Part shown: positions 51,793 to 63,690 of the stretch, in pieces | Layout: each line of letters opens with the position of its first letter | Position numbering within the stretch: the first letter of the stretch is position 1 | Notes under the pieces: generated by a model | What the model saw: the letters and a program-made list of their open reading frames with translations, nothing else | Databases searched by the model: none | Told to the model about the DNA's origin: nothing | NCBI GenBank assembly: GCA_030390025.1 | Contig: CM059432.1 | Coordinates: 65,102,001-65,166,000 of the forward strand | Reading direction: 5' to 3' | Source of the DNA: Squalus acanthias | Lineage: Eukaryota | Length of the DNA stretch: 64,000 nt | Program-made: the position numbers and the translations under genes

Positions 51793-53774
51793 GGGGGCAA
51801 TTTTGCTAGCCCTGGGGAGGCGGGTTTGGAGGTAGGACTGCTGAGAAAATGGCAGAATCTGGGGGCGGGTACCTATCCCGCCCCCAACCCGCCTCCGTGG
51901 CCATCTTCCCAGGAGGCGGGTACCTGACCCGCGCTGGGTCCCATCTCCTGGAGGCGGGAAGGGGATTACAGCCACGGACCCAATTCACGTACGGACCGGG
52001 GTCAAGCAAGGCTGTGTCATCACACCAACGCTCTTCTCGATCTTCCTTGCTGCAATGCTCCATCTCACCCTCAATAAGCTCCCTGCTGGATTGGAACTAA
52101 TTTACAGAACAAACGGGAAACTGTTCAACCTCCGTCGCCTCCAGCCTAGATCCAAAGTCGTCCCATCCTCTGTCGTCAAATTACAGTATGCAGACGATGC
52201 TTGTGTCTGCGCTCACTCTGAGGTCGAACTCCAAACCATCGTCAACACCTTCACCGAAGCGTACGAGAGCATGGGCCTTACACTAAACATCCGTAAGACA
52301 AAGGTCCTCTACCAACCTGCCCCCGCCACACAGTACTGCCCCCCGATTATCAAAATCCATGAAAAGGCCTTGGACAACGTGGACCACTTTCCATACCTCG
52401 GGAGCCTACTGTCAACAAGGGCAGACTTCGATTATGAAGTCTAACACCGCCTTCAGTGTGCCAATGCAGCCTTCGGTCGCCTGAGGAAGAGAGTGTTTGA
52501 AGACCAGGACCTCAAACCCGGCACTAAGCTCATGGTCTACAGAGCAGCAGTGATACCCGCCCTGCTGTATGCCTCAGAGACATGGACCATGTACAGCAGG
52601 CACTCAATGCACTGGAGAGGTACCACCAACGCTGCCTCCGCAAGATCCTGCAAATCCATTGGCAGGATAGGCGCACCAACGTCAGTGTTCTCGCACAGGC
52701 CAACATCCCCAGCATCGAAGCTTTGACCACGCTCGATCAACTCCGATGGACGGGTCACATTGTCTGCATGCCCGATACGAGACTCCCAAAACAAGCGCTC
52801 TACTCGGAGCTCTGACACAGCAAGAGAGCCCCAGGTGGGCAGAGGAAATGATTCAAGGATACCCTCAAAGCCTCCTTGAAAAAGTGCAACATCCCCACTG
52901 ATACCTGGGCATCCCTGGCCCAAGACCGCACAAAGTGGAGGAGAAGCATCCGGGAAGGCGCCGAACACCTCGAGTCTCTTCGCCGGGAGCAAGCGGAAGC
53001 CAAGCGCAGGCAGCGCAAGGAGCGCACATCAACCCAAGCACCCCACCCACCCGCCCTTTCAATCACCGTCTGCCCCACCTGTGACAGAGACTGTAGGTTC
53101 CCGCATTGGACTCATCAGTCACCTGAGAACTCATTTTTAATGTGGAAGCAAGTCATCCTCGGTTCCGAGGGACTGCCTAAGAAGAGAAGAAGAAGAGGAT
53201 TATCCCCTTTTTCCAACAGAGGTGCGGGCCTCCCGACGTCGGGAAACCCTGCCACGGTCAGCGAGGCGAGCAGTGGGTCTGCGGGGGTGAGAGGGGTCCA
53301 AAAATGCGCTGTGGAGCTGAGTGATGGGTGCAAGTGTGGAGAGGTAATATGTGAGGTGAGTGAAAAGTGTTAGAAAAAGTTTCCTTACCTTTGTTTCTTC
53401 CTGCAGGCTTCAATCGTTGGGGATCCGGAGGCTCCAGCTTCTCCATGGCAGAGATGACAGAATGGCTGCTGCATTCTCCGATGCAACAGCCATCTGATTT
53501 CTGCTCAGGAAAGAGGTTTGGTGAGGCTCGAGTACAAGAACTCACCAAACAACAGAGAATGTCAGTGTTTGACAGCTTCTCAAATGATGACAATTCATCT
53601 GTCAAAAATTTTTGACAAATGAAACGTCATATGCTGACGTTCTCTGTCACCGGCTTTCCCTTAATTGGCCTGCTAAGCCCACTGGGCGGGCTTAATAAGG
53701 TCAATCAAGGGAAAATAGCGTGGGTTGGCCAGACGTCGATGGAGGCGGGACTGAAACCCGGCAAAATCACCCCC
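51793..53774. mobile_element. Family C MITE nested in the CR1 and hosting an RTE
   Basis: TIR GGGGG(CA/TG)ATTTTGC, TSD AAA; flanks rejoin to gacagacacaaagtatttgttt (compare 9253). Confidence 0.9.
51976..53194 (+). mobile_element. 5'-truncated RTE-clade LINE
   Basis: TGVKQGCVITPTLF, LQYADD, FPYLGS, LLYASETW, C-terminal CPTCDRDC; (gaa)n tail; stops and frameshifts. Confidence 0.9.
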
Positions 53775-54948
53775 AAAGTATTTGTTTAATTTCTTTGCCA
53801 TTTCCTTATTCCATTATAATTTCTCCTGTCTCAGCCTGTAAGGGACCCACATTTACTTTAGTTAATCTTTTCCTTTTTACATACCTATAGAAGCTTTTAC
53901 AGTCTGTTTGTATGTCTCTCACTAGTTTACTCTCATATTCTATTTTTCCTTTCTTTATCAATTTCTTGGTCCTACTTTGCTGAATTCTAAAATCCTCCCA
54001 ATCCTCAGGCTTACTACTCTTTTTGGCAGCATTATAAGCCTCTTCCTTTGATCTAATACTACCTTTAACTTCTCTTGGTAGCCACGGTTGGACTACTTTT
54101 CCTATATGGTTTATGTGCCTTAAAGGAATGTATATTTGTTGTAAATTATGGATTAATTCTTTAAATGCTAGCCATTGCTTGTCCACTGTCATGCCTTTTA
54201 ATGTCATTCCCAATCTACCATAGCCAACTCGCCCCTCATCCCTACGTAGTTTGCTTTGTTTAGATTTAAGGCTCTAGTTTCAGATTTAACGAAGTCACTT
54301 TCAAACTCGATATAAAATTTTATCATATTATGGTCACTCATACCTAAAGGCCCCTTTACTACAAAGTTATTAATTAACCCTTTCTCGTTGCACAATACTA
54401 GATCTAAAATAGCTTGTTCCCTCGTTGGTTCCTCAACATATTGATCTAGAAAACTATCTTGCATACATTCCATGAATTCGTCCTCCACACTATTACTACA
54501 AATTTGGTTTGCCCAGTCTATATGAAGATTAAAATCCCCCATGATTACTGTATTACACTTGTTACATGCTCCTCTAATTTCCTGATTTATATTCTGCCCT
54601 ACATTACAACTACTGTTTGGGGGCCTATAAACAACTCCCACCAATGTTTTCTGCCCCTTGCTGTTTCTTAGCTCCACCCAAATTGATTCTACTTCTTGAT
54701 TTTCAGAGCTAAGATCCTTTCCCTCTACTGTCTTTATCCCATCCTTTATTATCAGCCGCTCCCAATTTGAGATTTTAATTTAAGTGGCCTATTAAGTCCC
54801 ATCATGCGCGCTGCCCGGTCCAATGAGTGGGGTCGGGTCTATTACTCGCCTCTAATGACGTCATTGCTGCAGTGGTTTTTAAGGGACCCATGCAGCCTCA
54901 GCCTCTCATTTCTCGTTTGTGCTGCTGTTTGAATGGGCCCAGGCTACA

Positions 54949-56842
54949 ATGAGTGCTGCCAAAGGCAAGGCTGCTCCAAGGTTTAATGAGGACTCCGTCC
55001 AAGCTCTTGTGGAGGGAGTAAGAGGGCGCAGGGAGATTCTGTTCCCTCCCGATGGCCAGAGGAAGCCTCCTCAGCAAACAAAGGCAGCCTGGCTGCAAAT
55101 TGCTGAGGAGGTCAGCGCAAGGTCCATATGTTCACACGCCTGGATCCAGTGCCGAAAACGGTTTAATGATCTTCTGCGATCAACAAAAGTGAATATCACA
55201 TCACACTTACCTTCAATCAGCTTCCTTTCTCTTCTCATCACCAGCACTCTGCTTTGTAAGCCTGCTCCTCCACCTTACCCTTACTTCCCTTGCACCCTTA
55301 CCTATCCATCTCTCTCTCTGTACTGAATCACTTCACCATCCTACTCTGCAGCCCTCACACTCGCTCTCACTGTTATGCAATGACAACAACTAACAACGCA
55401 CAGGGAGCTAGCATCCTCTTGGCACCTCACTCCATCTTGGTCTCCCTCTAAGCTTCTATGTTATGGATTCTTCACACTCACTCCATCACTCTCGCTGAAA
55501 CTCCACTTGTGTCCCTCCTTGCAGGAAAAGATAGCCCACAGTAAGAGGGAGTAGCAAAGACAGGAGGAGCACATTATCCCTCGCTACATTGACAAGTGCA
55601 GAGGAGGCTGCGCATGCGATCGTGGGAGCTGGCGAGGAGCTGGAAGTGGGGGACGGAGAGACGGGCGCACTAGACGAAGCTGGTGACAGAATAGATTTTC
55701 AACCCTCTCATTTAGCTTTCATGATTTACTGCAATGGCATATGATGTTCATAAGAGATTGACTTTTGATCATCTGCACAACTGGATTTGTCTGCTACCTA
55801 AAAATCAGATGTCTAACCGTGCCTTTACTCTCCCACAGGACCATCGAGAGCCCCCCTCCACACTATCCAGGAGGAAGAGCCGGACGACTCCTCAGAGGAA
55901 CCTGCAGCCTCTGAGGGAGCAGCGTCACCAGGACTCAGCGCACCCAGCAGCAGCACAGAAACGCACACCTCGGCGGGGCCTTCGCGACATAGAGTAGTGT
56001 TGTCACCTGGTGTATCACAGCTCACAAGTGAGCATCAGCAGATGGTGGAGACAACGACAGCAGTGGAGAGTCCTCGTCGGAGGTCACAGGATGCTCCTAG
56101 CTCTGCTCAGTTGCATGTAGACGCTGTGCCTTTGGGGCCATCCAGAAAGAGAGCGGTGCTGGAACTCCAGGAACAAGTGCAGGAGTCTCTGACAGGGTTT
56201 GCATCCAGGGTAACTCCAAGTGTGGAGAGAATGGAGGAGTCCATCTCTAACATGAGCACTGCCTTTGTGGAGGCAATGGCCCATGAAGGTGCCGTCATGG
56301 TGAGAGTGGAAACCTCCATGGAGGATATAAGTTGCCAAACTTAGCAGAACATGGTGACTCTTCTAAATAGATGGTCTGCTGTGGAGGATAGATCAGCATC
56401 TATTGAGGAGAGACACCAGAGATACATGGACATCCCCGTTATGAGGATTGTCAGTAGAGAGATGGATCCTCATGGCCCTACTGATGTGCAGCAAGGTGCT
56501 CTCCAGCCACTTGCTAGCACTAAAGTGCGGGTGACCCATGAGAGGGATGTTGGTGGCAGACAACAAGGAAGTGTGGGCTCCTCTCCAAGTGCTCACATGA
56601 CCATGCCACTGTGGAGCCCTCGGTCAGATCCCCAGAGTCCTCACCCAACTGAGATGGCCATCTCAGCCCCTGCACAGCCGCAGGAAGAGCAGACTGTGGA
56701 GGAACCCTCCCAGGCTCCCAAACACAGAGGACGCCCACCAAAGGTGTCTAAGCAGGCGCAGCAAAAAAGTGAGCAAGGTGCCTCTACATCTGCTGAAGCC
56801 ACAGGGGAAGCACCACGTAGAAGCACGCATAAGAGGAAATAG
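54949..56842 (+). pseudogene. Harbinger Myb/SANT-like DNA-binding protein gene, three exons
   Basis: Exon 1 54949-55188 (APRFNEDSVQALVEGV..AWLQIAEEV..QCRKRFNDLLRSTK|gt); exon 2 from 55525 (cag|EKIAHSKRE*, internal stop) to ~55682; exon 3 from 55839 (stop at 56342), ending PRRSTHKRK*. Confidence 0.8.
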
Positions 56843-57916
56843 TCACAAGGGTAGTCACTTGGGTGTTTTGTTTTATTGTAATGTATCGTTTGTCATCTTT
56901 TTCTGATGTGATAAAACAAAAGTGATAGGAAAGAGTTGAAGTTCTGGCCTATGTGTTCTGAGAAATGGAAGTTGCACAGTGAGGGCTCAGGGCGACTTGC
57001 CTTTGTAATGATGGCGGTGAGCGTGATAGGAAAGGGTCGTTTATTGGAGAGATGATGTATGGCTTGTTAAGAAGGTCATTCACACATTCATAGCCATCTG
57101 CCAGCCACCTGTGGTTGAAGCGTAAGCTTACGCGAATCTGGCATGGATGACTGCATCCCTTGCCTGACGGCCAGCAATGTGGTCGCGTGCTGTTGCATTG
57201 GCCACATCTGACCCCGCAAGGCATGCCTCCTCCACCTTGTCCTTGTCCTCGATCTCCTCCTCTTCCTCCTCCTTCTCCTCGTCCTCTTCCTCCTCATCAT
57301 CATCCGAGGAGGCTGTGCGCTGAGCCACTTGTTCCTCAGCGAGCGTTAAGCCACGCTGCTGAGCGATGTTATGCAGGGCACAGCAGACGACGATGATTCT
57401 GGAGACCCTGGCTGGTGAGTACTGTAGGGCTCCACTAGATCTATCGAGGCATCCGAAGCGCATTTTGAGCAAGCTGATGGTTTGCTCTATGATGCTTCTG
57501 GTGGAAATGTGGCTGGCATTGTACCGCTCCTCAGCCATGTTTGATGGCCTCCTCATCGGTGTCTTAAGCCACTTTTTCAGGGGATAGCCCTTGTCGCCAA
57601 GTACCATCCGGAAAGTTGGGTTGGCGCATTGAAGAGCTGAGGCACAGTAGACTACCGCAGGATGAATGAGTCATGGCAACTGCCAGGGTACTTTGCGCAA
57701 ACATGCATGATGATCTTCTTGTGGTTACACACCAGCTAGATGTTAAGGGAGTGGAATCCCTTGTGGTTGACAAATACAGCTGGGTTGTGATGGGGGTGCC
57801 CTAATGGCCACATGTGTGCAGTCTACGCCGCCCTGCACCCTTGGGAAGCCTGCCATATTTGCAAAGCCAACCGTACGTGCAGTTACACTTGCTTCATCTA
57901 TGGAGAAATGGATGTA

Positions 57917-58316
57917 CGATAGCAAAATACTGCAGATGCTGGAAATCCAAAATAACAACAGAAAACGCTGGAAAAACTCAGCAGGCGAGGCAGCATTCGT
58001 GGAGAGAGAAACAGAGTTAATGTTTCAGGTCGAGACCTTTTGTCAGAACTGGAAACAGCAGGAAATCAAATAGATTTAAGGCAAAGATAAAGCTGGGAAA
58101 AGGGGGAGGGGATGAAAGAACAAAAGGAGAGATTAAGAGACATGTCTCTTAATCTCTCCTTTTGTTCTTTCATCCCATCCCCCTTTTCCCAGCTTTGTCC
58201 TTGCCTTAAATCTATTTGATTTCCTGCTGTTTCCAGTTCTGACGAAAGGTCTCGACCTGAAACGTTAACTCTGTTTCTCTTTCCACGGATGCTGCCTCGC
58301 CTGCTGAGTTTTTCCA
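57917..58316. mobile_element. Penelope-like terminal fragment as a 350-bp palindrome in the transposase
   Basis: Arms 57968-58142/58143-58317 with no spacer; 14-bp TSD GAGAAATGG(A/G)TGTA at 57903-57916 and 58317-58330. Confidence 0.85.
58235..58270 (+). ncRNA. Minimal type I hammerhead ribozyme motif
   Basis: AGTT-CTGACGA-A-AGGT(CTCG)ACCT-GAAAC-GTT-AACT: both catalytic boxes, stem I AGTT/AACT, stem II, loopless palindromic stem III (ACGT), GUU cleavage triplet. Confidence 0.7.
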
Positions 58317-59377
58317 GAGAAATGGGTGTAATTGTGCGCCTTTGCAAAGAGGGCATTGGTAGCCTGCGTGATACAGGCGTGTGTGGCCGACTGGGAGATG
58401 CCACTGATGTCTGCAGCTGATCCCTGGAAGGAGCCCAAAGCAAAGAAGTTGGGTGTGGTGGTGACTTTGACAGCCACTGGTAAGGAGTATCCACCCCTCC
58501 TCTGGGCTCCAGGTGTTGGTGCAGCATTGCGCAGATGTCAGCGACTACGTCTCGCGGGAGTCTCAGCCTCCTTTGGCACTGCTGCTCACTCATGTTGAGG
58601 AAGCTCATCCTCTGCCTGTAAAGCCAGTGTTGGGGGTATCTCCTGCGGCGAGGTGCAGGCCTGCGCTGACGCCCTCTGCCCTGGGCATCATCAGGTGACT
58701 GAGGAGAAGGTTGGCGCTCCTGCTGTTGGTGCTGCTGCTGTGCCTGGTTGCGCTGCTGTCGCGGCTGCTCTTCCCTCAAATCTGATGACCAGGATGAGAG
58801 GATATAAATGGTTCCCATACCAATGGTATATATCTCAGTTGAGCAATGGAGGTTGTTTGCGCTCAGACCAAATGGCCAAGGATATTCCAAGGAGGTCACA
58901 CTACAGATGGATCTCAACACTCAACAAGATTAGTAGAGCTGCTAAATGTCTCCCAAACCTCAAAGCACTAAGATGTGGCATGTAAAAGAATAAGAGATTG
59001 CAGGACCGCTTTTAAGCTGTTCGAGCAGCTGCCAACAATTTGGGTCCTCGCTCAACCCGGCTTGATTCAGCTGGCGTGTTTTTCTGAAGGCGGCCAGCAT
59101 GCTGAAAAATCTGCAAAATCCGAACAGGCAGTTAAAATAGGATTATCCAGGCAGTTAACAAGCTGTTAACTGCCTTAACTGTCACTCCTGCTGTTTGGTG
59201 TCGGGTCAGTTTGGGAGCGGCTGACCCAACACTTGCTAAAGTCATGTGGAGGTGGGATGGCAGCGGGTTTGCAGCCCGCCGTCAATTTTTCCAATTTTCG
59301 CAACCGACCCACCTCCAAACCCTCACTCTGAGGTCTATTAAATTCGCGGCCTTAGTTCCCAACCTTGGCCACTTGGC

Positions 59378-59557
59378 CACTATATCTGAATGCGCGAAGC
59401 ATTCACAACAAAATAGATGAATTAATAGCGCAGATAGAAATTAACAGGTTTGATCTAATGGACGTGGTAACGTCCATTAGATCAAACCTGTTCATTTCTA
59501 TCTGCGCTATTAATTCATCTATTTTGTTGTGAATGCTTCGCGCATTCAGATATAGTG
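59378..59557. repeat. Fold-back inverted duplication of the CR1 ORF2 start
   Basis: 88-bp arms 59378-59465/59470-59557, one mismatch, 4-nt spacer GGTA. Confidence 0.95.
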
Positions 59558-62500
59558 CCTTTAGCTTTGACATATTTCTATTTTTCCCTGATGTCACCTT
59601 AGTCACTGATGCCTTATTACCTTTGTTACTCTCTCTGTCCCTTCCTCACCCACTCTGCTTATTTTTACCTAAAACTCTACTCTGCTCTCAAGCCTTGATA
59701 TTTCTCTCGCTGCTTTTAAATTTACTCTTTCCTGAATCCTCCCACCCCCCCTTCATTAGTTTAAAGCCCTGTCTACTGCCCCAGTTATTTGGTTTGCCAG
59801 TACACTGGTCCCAGTTCGGTTTAAATGGAGCCCGTCCCAATAGAACAGCTCCCTTTTTCCCCAGTACTGGTGCCAGTGCCCCATGAACTGAAACCCATTC
59901 CTCCCACACCACTCTTTGAGCCACGCATTTAAACCTCTAATCTGTTTGCCCCTATGCCAATTTGTGCGTGGCTCAGGTAACATTCCAGAGATTGTTACCT
60001 TTGAGGTTCTGCTTTTTAATTTGGATCCTAGCTCCTCAAACTCCCTCAGCAGAACCTCATTCCTAGTTCTACCTATGTCGTTGGTTCCTACGTGGACCAC
60101 GACAAGTGGATCCTCCCCCTCCCACTCCAAGTTGTTCTCCAGCCGTGAGGAGATTTCTTTAACCCTAGCACCGGGTAGGCAACACAACCTTCGGAACTCT
60201 CGGTTGCGGCTGCAGAGAACAGTATCGATCCCCCTAATTATACTGTCCCTGACCACAACTACATTCCCTTTCACTCCCCCCACTTGAATGGCCTCCTGCA
60301 CCATGGTGCCATGGTCAGCTTGCTCATCCATCCTGCAGGCTTTTCCCTCATTCACACAGGCAGCAAGAACCTCATACCTGTTGGACAAGGGCAAAGGCTG
60401 AGGCTCCTCCAGCACCTGGGGTCCCCTTAACTGCCTGAGTTGCAGTCACACCCTCCTGTCCCTGACCACTAACCAGACCTGTACCACTACCTAACCTAAG
60501 GCGTGTGATTGCCTCCTGGATCAAAGTGTCCAGGTAACTCTCCCCATTCCTGATGCCCCGCAATATCTGCACCTCAGACTCCAGCTCAAAAACTCTGAGC
60601 TGAAGTTCCTCAAGATGCAGGCACTTACTGCAAACGTGGTTGTCCGAGATCACAATGCTCTCCACAAACTCCCACATGCTGCAGTTGCGGCACACCACCT
60701 GCACTGCCATCCCTATATGACCTTGTTTTATTTAATTAAATGTAATTACATTTGTAATTAGGTAACTTAGTTTGCAGTGCAGTTTCTTGACGACTTGATC
60801 TAGATTAAGTTAAGGGTACTGAAATTAAATATCTACCTGTAACACAAAGCACTACAAGTAGTGTAGGCAAAAAGCAACAACTTCCCCTCTTCTCCAAATT
60901 CCCACTCTTTCCAAATTCCCAAATAAAGCACTCTGTTCAAGTCCACTCCGTTTAATCCCGCTCTGTGCAGATCGCGCTGCACAGAACTGTGCAAACTGGA
61001 GCCTGGGACTGAAGTCAATGGAACAGTTAGGTAACAAGATAACCTTTTTTAAATCTTTGCGCATGAGCAATATCTCAGAAGATGAACTTGTATAGTATAG
61101 GATATTTACTAGTGGTGTAGAAAATGTGTTCAACTTGAAACCATTTAAAACTCAAACTGAGCTATACATTTGTAACAGGAGTGAGCAAATTTGAGATGCT
61201 GTTTTATGGCAAATCAGGGGGCCCATTCAGTAATTGAGTTTGTTTCCAAGCAACAGGACTAGTGCTACAATAAATATTTTGAAAAGATTTGTTTTGAATA
61301 TTTATTCACAAATGTATTCAATAAAAATTAGCATGGACCGAGGCCAAAATACAAAGCTGATTTGAATTTAGCTGTCTCAACCAAGCCAAGCCAGGCCAAG
61401 CCAAAACAAAAAGACTAAATTTCATGAGAGTTCACTATTTTATAAAAATAACAAAATGTTATCCAGATAGGGGAGGAGGAGAATACACAATAGACTGAAG
61501 CTGGCATAGGAGAGGGTGCGAACAGGGACAGGTGCTGGAGGAAGTTGCAGAGCAAGGAAACAGTGAGGCTGTGGAAAGATTTGTAGTCAAGGACGCTGAT
61601 TTTGACTTTGAAGTGCTGAGCGACAGGCAGCTAGTGAAGGTTTGCAATCACAGGGGTACTAGGTGAGTGGGACTTTAGTGTGGGAGTTTACGAAGGGTGT
61701 AACACAGGAGACCAACAAGGAAAGTATTGGAAAAGTCGAGTCTGGAAAGACATAAATGAGGGTTTCAGCAATGGAGATGAGGTAGGAATGGAGGCAGACA
61801 ATATTTCAGAGGTGAAACAGGCATGTTGGTGACAGACTGGATATGGGATTGAACAGGATATCAATGTTGCACAGCATCAGGTTGAGCTGAAACTGGCATC
61901 CAGGAAGAATGATGGAATCATAGGCTAGAGTACAGAGTTTTTGATGAACCAAACAAGGAGGCTTCAGTCTTGCCAATGTTCTGACTCATCCACAATTTGT
62001 TCTGTCAGACAGCCAGTCAGGCAGCACAGCAACAGTCTCAGAATTAAGGGTGATCGTGAAGAGATAAAATTGACTATAAAAGAGAAAAGAAAGACATGTC
62101 TCTCATGACCTCAGCACATCCTAAAGCCCTTTACAGTCAATGAAGTACTTCTGAAGTGTAGTCACTGTTATAATGTAGGAAATGTGCCAGCCAATTTGCA
62201 CACAGCAAGGTCCCACAAAGAGCAATGAGATAATGACCAGATAATTTGTTTTAGTGACATTAGTTGAGGGATAGATATTGGCCAGGAGAGCTCCCCTGCT
62301 CTTCTTCAAAATAGTGCCATGGGATCTTCTATGTCCACCTGCGAGGGCAGGCGGGACCTGAGTTTAACATCTCTTCCGAAAGATGGCACCTCCATCAGGC
62401 AGCACTTCCCTAGTACTGCAGTGGAGTGTCAGCCGAGATTTTTTACTAGTCAGCATGCATATGAAAGCTGAGCTCTTGCTTAGAGATAAATTTGAAGAGA

Positions 62501-62585
62501 TGCAGCGTATCTATGAGGAATAGCACAAGGACAGGAATGGAACTTTGGCACACACTAGAGGTGGCCATGTGGCATGGCAAGAGAA

Positions 62586-63690
62586 TCTAATCTACAGAAC
62601 AAACGGGAAACTGTTCAACTTCCATCGCCTCCAGTCCAGATCCAAATTCATCCCATCCTCTGTCATCAAATTACAGTATGCAGACGACGCTTGCGTCTGC
62701 GCACACTCGGAGGTCGAACTCCAAACCATCATCAACACCTTCACCGAAGCGTACGAGAGCATGGGCCTTACACTAAACATCCGTAAGACAAAGGTCCTCT
62801 ACCAACCTGCCCCCGCCACACAGTACTGCCCCCTGATTATCAAAATCCACGATGAGGCCTTGGACAACCTGGACCACTTTCCATACCTCGGGAGCCTACT
62901 GTCAACAAGGGCAGACGTCGATGACGAAGTTCAACACTGCCTTCAGAGTGCCAGTGCAGCCTTCGGTCGCCTGAGGAAGAGAGTGTTTGAAGACCAGGAC
63001 TTCAAACCTGGCACCAAGCTCATGGTCTACAGTGCAGTAGTGATACCCGCCCTCCTGTATGCTTCAGAGACATGGACCATGTACAGCAGGCACCTCAAAG
63101 CACTAGAGAGGTACCACCAATGCTGCCTCCGCAAGATCCTGCAAATCCACTGGCAGGATAGGCGCACCAACATCAGTGTTCTCGCTCAGGCCAACATCCC
63201 CAGCATCGAAGCTGTGACCACGCTCAATCAACATCGATGGATGGGCCACATCGTCTGCATGGCCGATACGAGACTCCCAAAACAAGCGCTCTACTCAGAG
63301 CTCTGACACGGCAAGAGAGCCCCAAGTGGGCAGAGGAAGCGCTTCAAGGACACCCTCAAAGCCTCCTTGAATAAGTGCAACATTCCCACCGACACCTGGG
63401 AATCCCTGGCCCAAGACCACACAAAGTGGAGGAGAAGCATCCAGGAAGGCGCCGAACACCTCGAGTCTCTTCGCCGGGAGCAAGCGGAAGCCAAGCGCAA
63501 ACAGCAGAAGGAGCGCACATCAACCCAAGCACCCCACCCACCCGCCCCTTCAACCACCGTCTGCCCCACCTGTGACAGAGACTGTAGGTCCTGCATTGAA
63601 CTCATCAGTCACCTGAGAACTCATTTTTAGTGTGGAAGCAAGTCATCCTCGGTTCCAAGGGACTGCCTAAGAAGAAGAGAAGAAGAAGAA
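62586..63690 (+). mobile_element. 5'-truncated RTE-clade LINE flanked by a 123-bp direct repeat
   Basis: Same family as 51976-53194; CPTCDRDCRSCIELISHLRTHF* and (gaa)n tail; flanks 62463-62585 and 63691-63813. Confidence 0.92.

Larger units (their letters stand above)
57128..58818 (-). pseudogene. Harbinger DDE transposase (HARBI1-like), frameshifted and interrupted
   Basis: [61 protein letters not shown], acidic tail. Confidence 0.92.
54755..59351. mobile_element. Decayed two-gene PIF/Harbinger transposon (left end missing)
   Basis: Convergent Myb/SANT gene (+) and DDE transposase (-); right end AAATTCGCGGCC followed by TTA. Confidence 0.9.
47623..60990 (-). mobile_element. Full-length decayed CR1 LINE fragmented by nested insertions
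   Basis: Collinear pieces: ORF1 60710-59756; ORF2 start 59606-59470; GQGWEL 59370-59352; endonuclease 54755-53775; RT 51792-50509; 3' end 48045-47623. The 5' boundary is approximate. Confidence 0.85.

Noticed and set aside
54949..58818. Domesticated HARBI1/NAIF1-like host gene pair
   Set aside because: Stops, frameshifts, an inserted palindrome, a TIR with TTA, and location inside a CR1 indicate a dead transposon.
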